This document shows positions 40,076-52,577 of a stretch of 64,000 bases of DNA, one piece after another. This DNA is from Octopus sinensis (lineage: Eukaryota): positions 79,422,001 to 79,486,000 of the forward strand of contig NC_043002.1 of NCBI RefSeq assembly GCF_006345805.1, read 5' to 3'. The notes below the pieces were generated by a model. The model ran no database searches, was not told where the DNA came from, and saw only the letters and a program-made list of their open reading frames with translations. Made by a program: the position numbers and the translations under genes. Every line of letters starts with the position of its first letter. The first letter of the stretch is position 1.

Positions 40076-40232
40076 GACGTGGCTGTGTGGTGAGAAGTTA
40101 GCTTCCCAACCAAAGGGTTCTAGGGTTAGTCCCACAGCATGGCACAATGGGGAAATGTTTTCCACTATATCCCCGGTCCGACAGAAGTCTTGTGATTGGA
40201 TTTGATAGAAGGGAGCTGAAAGAAACTCGTTG
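40076..40232 (+). mobile_element. SINE family B 5' half, diverged
   Basis: cgtggctgtgtggtgagaag...ggttagtccc... Confidence 0.75.
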
Positions 40233-40434
40233 TGTGTGTGTGTGCGTGTGTATACCACTGGACGTATATGAAAACCCGGACTTTGTTTTATGAGAAAACG
40301 TCAGGAAATAATCGAGAAGGAATACGCGAAGAAGACATGTAAAAAATGGAACGAAAACAAATGATAACCAAGATCGTAGAATGAGTGACGAAAGAAATTT
40401 GACTAATAAATAACTAGTAATAATCAAAATAAAC

Positions 40435-40612
40435 CATTCTGCAATAGGGACAACGACTAAAATTTGTGGGGAGAGGATAAGTCGATTAGATTGACCCCAG
40501 TATGCAACTGGTAAGCAGACCTCGGTGTAATTTGAACTCAGAACGTAAAGACAGTCAAAATACCGCGAAGCATTTCGCCCGGCGTGCTAACGATTCTGCC
40601 AGCTCGCCGTCT
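40435..40612 (-). mobile_element. SINE family C, internally deleted
   Basis: Reverse complement of C head and tail. Confidence 0.8.
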
Positions 40613-40712
40613 TAATAATAGTAATAAAACGGATTATGTGATGATAAATAAATAGTGCTGGCTCTTTTTTTTTTTTTTTTGCAAAAATGACCATTGCTAA
40701 ATATAAAACAAA

Positions 40713-40757
<45 letters not shown>

Positions 40758-40883
40758 ACAATCAAGGAACGGCCATATATTCACCACCCTATATTGATTA
40801 ATTATATATATATATATATATTATACATACATACATACGTACAGTGGTTGTCTACTTATGCAGAGTTTGATCACCTCCTGTAC

Positions 40884-41082
40884 CTACACCTTAGCACCAT
40901 AATGGCATCTGATGTGGCTTTTTAAACCAGACAATGTACTGAAAAGACACCTACATAGATTTCATATCCAATTTGGACCACCAAGAGCTGCAGATAAGTT
41001 CTGATCTTTGTGGATCTTAAAATGTCTTTTGGGGCCTCCGTTAGATTTGCAATCCTTCTGGCATGCATTGCATTCAAAGGTG
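40884..41082 (-). pseudogene. Degenerate pair of C2H2 zinc fingers, probably the C-terminus of an RTE-type LINE
   Basis: FECNACQKDCKSNGGPKRHFKIH (C-x2-C-x12-H-x3-H); second, frameshifted finger CRCLFSTLSGLKSHIRCH; no TGEKP linker. Confidence 0.55.
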
Positions 41083-41106
41083 TGCACAGACATATAGGCA
41101 GAATAG

Positions 41107-41142
<36 letters not shown>

Positions 41143-41492
41143 ACATATATATATATATGTGTGTGTATGTATCTCAGTTACAATTTTCGGCCGTGAGTGC
41201 TCAAATGTTCGATCAACTGAATTAAATTTCTTGCTTATTGAATAGAAGTATGAGTGGCAGAACAACACTCAACATGGCATTCTGGAGTTTTTGAATTACG
41301 GATATAATCTATCCGATGACATTCCATGATGGTTTCGTCTGCCAAGATCCGCTTAAAAGTTGTAGGTCTACGCAGAGCAATTGACAATAACATTCGCGTA
41401 AGTTCCCACACAGTGAAGTCGAAACCGAAAGCAATGTCACGTGATTACAGAGCAAGCTTCTTACCCACTTCTCATTAATGCTCCTCCATATA

Positions 41493-41725
41493 TATTTCTT
41501 TACTGCCTACAAGGGGCTAAACACAGAGTGGACAAACAAGGACAAACAAAGGGATTAAGTCGATTATATCGACCCCAGTGCAAAACTGGTACTTTATTTA
41601 TCGACTCCGAAAGGATGAAAGGCAAAGTCAACCTCGGTGGAATTTGAACTCAGAACGTAACGGCAGACGAAATACCGCTAAGCTTTTCGCCCGACGTGCT
41701 AACGTTTCTGCCAGCTCGCCGCCTT
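41493..41725 (-). mobile_element. SINE family C, full length
   Basis: Reverse complement of the 7722-7933 type, with intact B box. Confidence 0.92.
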
Positions 41726-42058
41726 CAATATAATACTATATTCTCCTCCATATAATACTATATTCCCCCCCCCCCAACACACACACACACATTAATACAC
41801 ATATATTTTTGAGTGTGAATATGTATGCATCCGACACATTATCGGTCCTTGTTGCTGCATGCAGGATTCTGTGCCTGAAAGCCTATGTCAGCGTGAAAGA
41901 TGTGTCACAGGAGCGCAGGCTCCGAGTAGGATTCCCTATGCTACACTGGGGAAAAGATAGAAGCCAGTCTAATACGGACTACATTTTCACAGAGGTAAAA
42001 ATAGGAACACCTAGAACTAATACCTGCACCCAGAAAGAAAGAAAAGAAACAAAGTTAC

Positions 42059-42453
42059 AGGCGTGGCTGTGTGGTAAGAAACTTGCTATTTGACTACATG
42101 GCTCTGGGTTCAGTCACACTGCGTGGCACCTCGGCATAGAGTCTTCTACAATAGCTTCAGGCCGACCACAGCCTTGTGAGTGGTTTGGTAGACGGAAACT
42201 GAAAGACGCCTGTCATATATGTGTGTGAATGTGTGTGTGTGCTTGTGTCTGCGTTTGTCCCCACCTCACCATCATCGTTCGACAATCTGCGTTGGTGTGT
42301 TTACGCCCCCGTAACTTAGCGGTTCAGCAAAGAGACCGATAGAATAAGTACTAGGCTTGGGGTCGAATTGTTCGAGAAAAATAAATGCTTTAAGGCGGTA
42401 CTCCAGTATGGCTGCAGTCATATGATTGAAGCAAGGAAAAGAATAAAAGAATA
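42059..42453 (+). mobile_element. SINE family B, full length
   Basis: Homology to other B copies. Confidence 0.88.
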
Positions 42454-42547
42454 AGCATCGATGATAGTACAAAACCAATAACACATTGTACAGGAACACT
42501 TTCCCTCAGGCAGGCGGGACACTGAGGCAGCGTTTACTCAACACTGA

Positions 42548-42661
42548 GATTGATGTTAACACAACGTTTCGGCTGATATACCCTCCATCCTTCATGAGGT
42601 GTATTGGGGAAATTTCGAATCTGGGTTCTCATTCCTAAGGTATTTTTCGATGTTGTTGTTG

Positions 42662-42727
<66 letters not shown>

Positions 42728-42800
42728 TCACAGCCTGGAATCGAACTCGGAATCTTGGGGTTAGTAGCCCGCGCTCTTAACCACTATGCCGTATGCCCAC
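42548..42800 (-). mobile_element. SINE family D, copy 2 (HHR motif at 42559-42602)
   Basis: A box TACGGCATAGTGG, B box GAGTTCGATTCC, (AAT)n, body, ACAC-CTCATGA-AGGATGGAGGGTATATCAGCC-GAAACGTT-GTGT. Confidence 0.9.
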
Positions 42801-43659
42801 GGGTATACAACATCGAAAAATATCTTAGGAATTAGAACCCAGGTTCGAAACTTCCACTGAGATTTGAGTTAATACCTGTCTTTTATTTTAAAGTATTCCT
42901 CATGATTTATTCAAGAGAATAACAGCACTCATGTGACTACTTGGAGAAAGGAAAGAATTTGTCCTAAAACCTAAGACGTGTCTCAAATTCTTGCATCAGA
43001 TTGGGCGCCCTCCGTTAAAGGTACACCACATGCATGACATAGAGGAGTTAGACAAGGCGATGCATTTAGCCTACCACCCAAACATCATAGAAATTCTGTT
43101 CGTATCAGAGATCATCGTTTTGTGGAATTATTTATCATGTTCTTCGGAATTTGATTACGTAGTATATTTACATTCTGTGTTGGAGTCCTACTGAGTTCGT
43201 CTTTGGACTGTATTCTTGTGTGGTCAATAAAATAAGTAACAGTCATCAAGAAACAGTATCAATGTGTTCGATGTTTTCCGCTTCTAATATATAAAACATT
43301 GAACCAATGTTAGAATACATGATATTCTGTAGGATGAGTTTTACTTTATTCGGCCAATCCTGTCTGAAAGTGTTGTTATGTTCGATAATCGGATCATAAT
43401 TTACTTAACTCTGCGTGTGCTATGTTACTAAGCAAATTCTATACGAATTGCATAACGTACACCCTGAGGAGGTAATTTATTTGGTAGGCAGATAAATATT
43501 TGTATATTTTATTTCAACTGAGATATTTGTGTGATCACGGTCGTGTTGTGGTTAACTATCAGCAGGAGATACGTGCTTCAATCAATTTGGGTATTTATAG
43601 AACACCATACACTCATGTATGTCTCCCGTCTGTTTATATGTTCGTGTGCATGTAATTAT

Positions 43660-43713
43660 GCATATACGAGTGTATGTATATATGTATGTATGTATGCATA
43701 TATGAGTGTATGC

Positions 43714-43744
<31 letters not shown>

Positions 43745-43879
43745 CACGCACTATGTATGAATGTATTTATGTATGCGTGTGTGTGTGTATGTATGCACAT
43801 GTTTGTAAGACTATGTATGTGTGTTTATATGCGTATGTACGTACGTGTTCCATGAATGTATACATGTATGCCTACTTAC

Positions 43880-43929
<50 letters not shown>

Positions 43930-43948
43930 CTATCTATCTATCTGTCTA

Positions 43949-43995
<47 letters not shown>

Positions 43996-44062
43996 ATATA
44001 TATACATATAGCTAGATAGATACACACGTATGCACACACACCTCTCTATCTATCTATCTATA

Positions 44063-44105
<43 letters not shown>

Positions 44106-44338
44106 GTTGGAGTACACATGTATATAGAGATTTGTATGTATAAGTATATAAGCTTATTCAGATATGCATGTCTATATACAAAAACACTCACACATGCACT
44201 CCCACACACGCGCACACACATGCATATACGTGTCTGCGCGGGTGGGTGTATCTGAATGTAAGCATGAATGAATGTATGTGTGTGTGTCTGTGTGAGTATA
44301 TGTGTATATATATATGAGAGTTTGCGTGTGTTTGTGTG

Positions 44339-44378
<40 letters not shown>

Positions 44379-44400
44379 TATATGACAATTTAAAAGTATG
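43660..44400. repeat. (TATG)n/(TATC)n/(TC)n/(TA)n microsatellites
   Basis: Direct reading. Confidence 0.9.
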
Positions 44401-45089
44401 TATATTCGTATATGTAGCACATATATATGTATAATAGAATAATCTATTAAACAAAAATCTTCAGACTGTAGTTGTTGGGAAAGCAATATTAAAATTGAAT
44501 GAAACCCAATATGAATCTCCTCGCTATTTTTACGTTGATAGCAAAAGTGAAATCCGCTGGTTTATATTATAGAAGACATTCGGAGTCGTCTCTATAATAG
44601 TCACAGCTTCCAGTAGCTGTTGAAAAGATATATCTGAACGCTATTATCTTCGCTTGCTCATGCGCAATAGAACGTAATTGACTGCTCCTGATAGCGTTTT
44701 TGTTAAATCGCCATTGACAGAGCGCCGGTGATGGCGTAAATTGTAATGGCTGTAACGTTCGTAATGGTGGTGGTGGTCGTGGTGGTAGTTCCGTGGTTTG
44801 TGAATATTATCGGAGGTGAAGAGAAAAGATATTAACAGATGTGGGAATTAACTGTTAGTTTTAAGTTATTAAAAGGTGGTAGTGGAATTTGCGCCAAGAA
44901 TAGGAATAATTATGGCGGCAGTTCTGTTAGGCATAGCTGCGGAGTTCGGCGAAGGCATTATTTGTGTGATTATGTACAGGCACATGTGCCGCACTGGGCA
45001 AGTGGCTTTTGCTAAAACCTCAAGTCAACTAATATCTTTTGAGAAAATTTGGTTCATCTATCTATCAATCTATCTGTCTGTCTGTCTTA

Positions 45090-45120
<31 letters not shown>

Positions 45121-45361
45121 TGTATGTATGTATGTATGTATGTATGTATGTATGTATGTATGTATGTATGTATGTATGTATATTCATTTGTTCAATAAGA
45201 ATAGACAATTAATATTTCATTTCTTTTTGCATTATTATTTTATATCTTATATTAATATTATAAGATTATAAATAAAACATCAAAAACAGAGTTGGAATTC
45301 CTTTGAATAACATATTCTTCTATTCACAATCATACAAACGCCCTTGTATATATATATATAT

Positions 45362-45470
45362 TATAAGGCACACAAAGTGCCTATCTGCTAGAATGAGGAG
45401 TTAAAACCCTCGGTTAACTGAGGGTTTTAACTCCTCTTTCTAGCAGGTAGGCGCCTTCTGTGTCCTTATG
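45362..45470. repeat. About 110-bp spacerless palindrome
   Basis: tataaggcacac..ctgctagaatgaggagttaaaaccctcggtt|aactgagggttttaactcctctttctagcag..tgtgtccttatg. Confidence 0.92.
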
Positions 45471-45620
45471 ATAAATATAGCTTTTAATTCTGTAGTTAAT
45501 TAATGCTATTTAAGGCCTGCAGCCACCTATAATATTGTTGTTATTATTGACTACTTATATTTACAACAGATAATAATAACAATAATAATATCTATATTGA
45601 TATTGATTCTGAATATTCAT

Positions 45621-45859
45621 GGAGGCGCAATGGCCTAGTGGTTAGGGCAGCGGACTTGCGGTCGGAGGATCGCGGTTTCGATTCCCAGACCGGGCGTTGT
45701 GTGTGTTTATTGAGCGAAAAAAACACCTAAAAGCTCCACGAGGCTCCGGCAGGAGGTGGTGACCCCTGCTGTACTCTTTCACCACTCTAAAGGCGGTGCT
45801 CCAGCATGGCCGCAGTCAAATGACTGAAACAAGTACAAAAAAAAAAAAAAAAAAAAAAA
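45621..45859 (+). mobile_element. Chimeric SINE: family A head, family B tail and A23
   Basis: A box TGGCCTAGTGG, B box GGTTTCGATTCC; switches at about 45787 to ctaaaggcggtgctccagc...; poly(A) 45837-45859. Confidence 0.85.
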
Positions 45860-46077
45860 TTCATTCCTTATTATATATATATACAAAACTTACGGAAAGG
45901 ATTATGGGAAATCCGGACTACATATGTATCATAGCGACAGGGACCTCAGAAGTCGTAAAATCCAACTGAGGTGTATACTGCGGGTTAATCTTCAGGCCAA
46001 GGAGATCTTGATTAGGTTAAAGGTTACATTGTCGCAAGGAGGAACGTGTTGATGCAAAGAATCAAATATATTCTCCT

Positions 46078-46470
46078 ATTCTTTCACTCTTTTACTAGTT
46101 TCAGCCATTTTGACTGCGTGCATACTGGAGCACCGCCATTAGTCGAACAAATCGACGTCAGGACTTGTTCTTTGTAAGCTTAATACTTATTCTATCAGTC
46201 TCTTTGACGGACCGTTAGGTATCGAGGACGTAAACACACCAACATCGGTTGTCAAGTGATGGTGGAGGGACAAACACAGACTCACAAATACATGCATATA
46301 TATATATACAACAGGCTTCTTTCAGTTTCCGTCTACCAAATCCACTCACAAAGCTTTGGGCTGCCACAGGATATACAAAAAGACACTTGCCCAAGGTACC
46401 ACATAGTGGGACTGAACCCGGAATCATTTTGTCGGGAAGCAATCTTCTTACCACAGGGTCACTCCTGCGT
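46078..46470 (-). mobile_element. SINE family B, full length
   Basis: Homology to other B copies. Confidence 0.88.
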
Positions 46471-46899
46471 ATGCATATATATGTGTGTGTTTGTGTGTGT
46501 GTGTGTGCATGTATATGTGTGCATGTATGTATGTATGTATGTATGTAGATGTGTGTGTATGTATGTATATGTGTGAGTATGTATACGTGTGAGTGTATGT
46601 ATATATATGTGTGTGTGAGAGCGCGCGCCCTTTTTTGTCCCAGACACTAGTTGAAAACCAGTTTTGCATAGTTTGTGTCCCTTAACTTAGCAGGTAGTTA
46701 AAAAGAAACCAACAGAATCGACCGCAGCCTTTAAGGAAAAACTGGGATCGGTTTCAAGGCATTGCTCCAGCATGGCTGCAATCGAATAACTGAAACAAGT
46801 AAATGTATAAAAGAATACACACACAAAAAAGAATAACACTTATTACAATTGTTCTTCTATTGTTGTTGTTTAGTTAAGTATAAGTAAAGGGGGGTGGGG

Positions 46900-47030
46900 T
46901 GTCGGTAAGGGTAGTAGAGGTAGTAGCAGTAGTGGTGGTAGTAGTGATGGGAGTAATTTCGGTGGTGTTGGTTGCAACAGCAGCGGCAGTAATAGTAGTA
47001 GTAGTGGCAGCAGCAGTTGTTGCAGTATCG

Positions 47031-47078
<48 letters not shown>

Positions 47079-47469
47079 TAGTAGTAGTAGTAGTAGTAGT
47101 AGCAGTAGTAGTAGCAGCAGAAGCTGACGTAGTAGTAGTGATGGTGTTAGTAGTAGTAGGGTGGTAGTAGTAGTGGTAGTAGTAGCAGCAGCAGCATTTC
47201 TTGTAGTAAACACATTTGTAGTAGTAATAGCAGTATTTCTAATAGTATTAATAGTAGTAGTAGTAGTGAGAGTAGTGGTAGTAGTAGTAATAGTACTAGT
47301 AGAAGCAGAAGCATCCGTAGTAGTAGTAGTAGTGATAGTAGTAGTAGATGTAGTAGACGCATTTGTATTAGCATAGTGGTAGTAGTTGTAGTAAGAGCAT
47401 TAGTAGTATCATGAGAGATAGTACTAGTTGTAGCAGAGGCATCTGTAGTAGTATTATTATTATTATTAA

Positions 47470-47526
<57 letters not shown>

Positions 47527-47530
47527 AAGC

Positions 47531-47573
<43 letters not shown>

Positions 47574-47625
47574 TAGTAGTAGTAGTAGCTGTAGTAGTAG
47601 TGATATTAGTGGTGGTTGGTAATAT
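46900..47625 (+). repeat. (TAG)n/(CTA)n trinucleotide array
   Basis: Direct reading; includes a (CTA)n to (TAG)n orientation switch at about 47078. Confidence 0.95.
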
Positions 47626-48408
47626 CAAGGTAATGGTAATTACGCAGCGGAGGTGCGTAGTTGCGTAGATGACCGCGCAGCAAAGAAAATAAGTGAGCGG
47701 GAGGAGAGAGGGAGGGAGGGAGTGTTAGGAAGAGGAGAAAAGAGAAACAGTAGAAGGTGATGCAAGAGGAAGGAGGCAGTAGGAAGGAGGAAGGAGAGAA
47801 AAACAGCCGTGACGATCAGATAAGCAGAAGGTGGCGAAGAGGAAGGAGGAATGAAGCAACGAGGAGAGGTAGAAGGTTGAGGAGTTGGTCGAGGCGTAGG
47901 GAAGGTGGTGGTGGTGGTGAGGTTGGGTGGGGTGGGGTGGAAGCCGGTGTCATTGCAAGATAACACTTGACTATTAATTCGTTCTGTTATAGCTGCACGG
48001 TTTATCAATTGAGGTAACAGCAATAATACAACAACAACAATAACAACAACCAACCAACCAACCAACCAATAACAACAAATAAAAAAAAAACCAAACAACA
48101 ACAACAACAACAACAGCAGCAACACCAACAACAATATAGCTGCATCAATCGTGGTGGCGACGGTGGCGGCGGTTGTGGTGACGGCGGAGGTGGCAAAGGT
48201 AATAGGAGAGAAAGCAGTAGCAATAATGACGCCATTAACTGTTTGCTAATAGCAAACAATAAACATTGGAATACTCAGCCAGTTAGTTATACGATTAGTC
48301 AATGGCGTTGGTAGGTTGGATGGTAGTTTAGTTGATGGGAAAGTAGGAAGACTCAACGTTGAAACCGACGGAAAAACAGATACTTCAATATATTATTTAT
48401 ATATATAT

Positions 48409-48456
<48 letters not shown>

Positions 48457-48641
48457 GTGTGTGTGAGTGTGTGTGTGTATGTGGTCACACATACATACAT
48501 GCATGCATTGCTTGTATGTGTGTTATATATATATATGTATATGAATATATATATATATCTTATACATACAATCATATATATATATGTATGTATCTATATG
48601 AATATGTATCTATATGAATATATATATATATTATATATATA

Positions 48642-48676
<35 letters not shown>

Positions 48677-48954
48677 TTAACATACATATGTGCGTGAGAA
48701 GAGGAGAGAGAGAGAGAGAGAGAGAAAGAAACAAAGAGAGAGAAAGAGAGAGAGAGAAAGAAAGAAAGAGAGAGATAACGAGAGAAAGAGAAAGAGAAGG
48801 AAAGCGTTTAATATACATGTAGTCTATAAAACTTATTAATTGTTCAATTTAATGTTTCCATATGTAACTTGACATTAAACTAAACGTTAATACACACACA
48901 CATACACAAACACATATACGCCCCCACGTCAGCGCGCACTCATATGCACGTATA

Positions 48955-49007
48955 GACAAATAGATAGATAGATAGATTGGTAAGTAAATAGATAGATAGA
49001 TAGATAG

Positions 49008-49046
<39 letters not shown>

Positions 49047-49054
49047 GTAAGTAA

Positions 49055-49088
<34 letters not shown>

Positions 49089-49121
49089 GGATAGATAGGT
49101 AGGTAAATAGATAGATAGATG

Positions 49122-49157
<36 letters not shown>

Positions 49158-49181
49158 TATAGATAAATAGATAGATAAATC

Positions 49182-49244
<63 letters not shown>

Positions 49245-49245
49245 G
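48955..49245 (+). repeat. (GATA)n array
   Basis: Direct reading. Confidence 0.95.
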
Positions 49246-49607
49246 AATACACACGCGCGCACACATATACTTGTTGCTTTTTGACTTTAAACATTTGTAG
49301 AATGCGCTTCATGTCTGATAAATTGCTGGTATGTAATTAATCACAGGGGATCGAATTTGCTTTTTATCACCTTATTTCATATGTGAGACTCACCTGTAAT
49401 CGTTCACCATAGATATGTTCGGACACAGTGTTAATGTATTCTAGAATCCCGAAGTGTTTCTAGTCTTACAACAAACAGCCTGTGGTTCCAGAACATCTAA
49501 TTTGGTCCAGCCGACCCACCAAAGTTGAAAAATCCTAGGCATGTGTACCCGCGGTATTCTACTATTCTCACCGACCCGATAATCTTTTTAGCCAGATTCA
49601 TGTAGAT

Positions 49608-49868
49608 CAGTGGTTTTCAACAGGGGCCCATGTAAGAATTTGCTTTTAAGCTTTATGTGCGATAAATTAGTTATACTTCTTGGATGGTGTTTTGTAGCTT
49701 GCTTGCGAACCACATGTTCCGGGTTCAGGCCCACTGCGTGGCACCTTGGGCAAGTGTCTTCTACTATAGCCTCGGGCCAACCAAAGCCTTGTGAGAGGAT
49801 TTGGTAGATAGAAACTGAAAGAAGCCCGTCATATATATAAACATACATATTATACATATATACAATTA

Positions 49869-49910
<42 letters not shown>

Positions 49911-50372
49911 ATATATACATATATATACATATATCAATATATATATATATATACATATATTGGTGTGTGTGTGGTGTGTGTGTGTGTGTGGTGTGTGCGT
50001 GTGTGTGTGTGTATGTTTGTGTGTCTGTGTTTGTCCCCCGAACATCGCTTGACAACAGATGTTGGTGTGTTTACGTCCCCGTAACTTAGCGGTTCGGCAA
50101 AAGAGACCGAATGAATAAGTAATAGGCTTACAAAGAATAAATCCTGGGGGTCGATTTGCTCGACTAAAGGCGGTGCTCCAGCATAGCCGCAGTCAAATGA
50201 CTGAAACAAGTAAAAGAGTAATACACAAACCATTTTAACAAAATTTTTTTTAAACAATTAATATATAATTATAAAAATATGGGAGGATTTTTTTAAAATG
50301 GCCATAGGGATCCGCCTGGATACAATAGGAATCAAAGGGGTTCCATACGTAAAAACTGGTGGAGAACCACTG
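49608..50372. mobile_element. hAT (Charlie-like) MITE interrupted by SINE B
   Basis: TIRs cagtggttttcaac / gtggagaaccactg; 8-bp TSD atgtagat / atgttgat. Confidence 0.8.
49680..50220 (+). mobile_element. SINE family B with expanded internal microsatellite
   Basis: Homology to other B copies; about 200 bp internal (TA)/(TG). Confidence 0.9.
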
Positions 50373-50384
50373 ATGTTGATGCTT

Positions 50385-51110
50385 GCTTAGCAGCCTTTTT
50401 TGTTGCTTTTGAGGACCGTTTTCTTCAGTCTTGTACTATCAAAGATTCCAAAGTACGATTTGTGAATCCTCAAATATCAGTCTCCACTGGCAAGCACCTC
50501 ATTCTCCATTAATTTCTGGAGTAGTCTTCCAGATACTTCTGGTACCAAGCTTCCTACCTCTCTGGTGCCTCACCTATCATCCCAGGTAATTGTAATATAT
50601 GTGGTTTTGTTGTTTTGGAAACCAAGGCAATATCCAGTCGTATCAAACTTGCAGTGATATGTGGTGAACGTTTTCTCAGCTTTCACCAAGTTAGCTTCCA
50701 CCGTCCAATTCTTTGATGTAGAAAGCAAATTATCAGAGTTATTTTCTCTTATATTTCCCTCTCCTTAGTAAAAGCTATCTTTTTTGTTGTGGTATTGGCA
50801 CTTCTGCTGTCACGGATTCCCTTGCTAATTGCTACAATGACGGTTTTGAGGATCTGACTGTGTCTTCAGCAACAGCTCCTTTCATTAACTCCCTTGGCGC
50901 AGCTGCTTATGATTTGCTCGAAAATCCCTGTCAAAGAAGACAGGGGTCATGCGAGGATTTACTATAAACCCCATGTAACGAAGTTGGATGGGCTGGGAAG
51001 GACATCATAGAGCCTCCCTTTGGATTAAAAATCTGATTCTTTACGTAATCCACTTCCCTATGTCCCACAAGGTGAGAGTTTTCTCAGTCACATTGCATTA
51101 GAAAGAAGGT
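50385..51110 (-). mobile_element. HERO-type (R2-group) non-LTR retrotransposon 3' fragment
   Basis: Minus translation RIRFLIQ..YDVLPSPSNFVTWG, ..HSQILK, STSKNW, IRLDIALVS (for RPDI), WRMRCLPVE..GF; many frameshifts. Confidence 0.72.
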
Positions 51111-52329
51111 CTAGAATGGAGTTACATTCTAAGTAGCGATTATAGGTGAAGAAGTTAGTGAGAAGTAAGTTAATAGGATACAGCTTGTGGTAATTGACCA
51201 GCAATTTGTATGCAGCGATGGAAACGTACATATCATACTCCGGTAAATACCACAAGGCCGTACATGATCATATATTTCTGCATATTTTTTTTTAAAGAGA
51301 TATCACGTGATGAAAAATGATCACGCGATCTCAAGTGATAAATTAGGAGTGATCGATATGTACAAATGTCGAAATCACATGACATGCAAGGGTCGATATT
51401 TACAAATGGCTGGTAGCTTTCTGAATTCTTTATTATTTTAAACTCTATCGATTCGTATTTGTGGAGGAAATTTTACGCATTTAATATTCGAAGAATATCG
51501 AGCAGTTTTGTAATTTTGATTTGATCATTAGCTTCGTCGTAGACAAAAAGTAAATATTTCAAAGGCTGGTTTAAATACCGAGGCAAATTAAATCAAGCTT
51601 TGGTTAGTTATAATAATTAAACTATAGTTGGAGTCAAATACGGACATGAAACAAAATATAGTGTGCTTAAACGAGATTACGAGATTACTAAATTAAGTAC
51701 ATCTGTCACTCTCATTCCCCCATATATATATATATATATATACACATACGTATATGTGCATATTTTACTAACACGCACACGCACACATACACACATATAA
51801 ATAATGTATGTGTATACACATACATACACTCATATATGAAATTTAATTTACCAGTCACAGTGAATTCTTTAATTTAACTCTAATTTAATCTCGAGTCTCC
51901 CCATCAGTTAAAAGTTTTCTTATTATTCTTGAAATTAGCTTAATAACCATAAATAAATGCACACACACACACATTCTCTCAATCTCTCTTTCTCTCCCTT
52001 TCTCTCTCTCTCTCTCTCTCTCTCACATATACACATACCCATGCGCTCATACGGCCACACGTACACAAATTTCGATATTGCACTCGTCTTGCAATTTACC
52101 TGATAATATCCAATTCTAAAACAGAAGCATTTAAACAATAAAGACGGCATTCCTGTCACTTAATCCACAAAGCTTTTTAAAGTACTTTCAAATTGAAATC
52201 TATTTCATAAGGTGTCAAAATTTTCGTTGCACAACTGCAGTTTAGTGAGTGTCATGATTATATTGTGTCACTATTAAACTGTGTCAGTGTTAAGGTATCG
52301 CTGTTCCATGATTGACCGCAAAATCCACA

Positions 52330-52425
52330 AGTTTTTTTTTTCTTTTAATCTTTATCTGTTTATTTCATCGTGTTCCTTTCTGTTGGAGAGCGTGGGCACG
52401 AAACGTAGAAAAACTTTATCTATCT
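52330..52425 (+). mobile_element. Decayed Penelope pLTR fragment with HHR-like motif (52376-52411)
   Basis: CTTT-CTGTTGG-AGAGC-GTGG-GCAC-GAAACGTA-GAAA. Confidence 0.55.
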
Positions 52426-52577
52426 TATATATATATATAATATTAAATTAGAGATAAAACCACTATTAGGCAAATCAAACAATGAAAAACATAAGCCAAT
52501 ACATAAAATTAATTAATTTATATTATTTTAAATATATATCAAAGTATTAAAAGTTTAATAAAAGATAATGAGTAAAA

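Noticed and set aside
42721-42800. tRNA gene-like sequences (also 2401-2480 and 45621-45690)
   Set aside because: A and B boxes are present but acceptor and anticodon stems are incomplete, and each is fused to a SINE body; these are SINE heads, not tRNA genes
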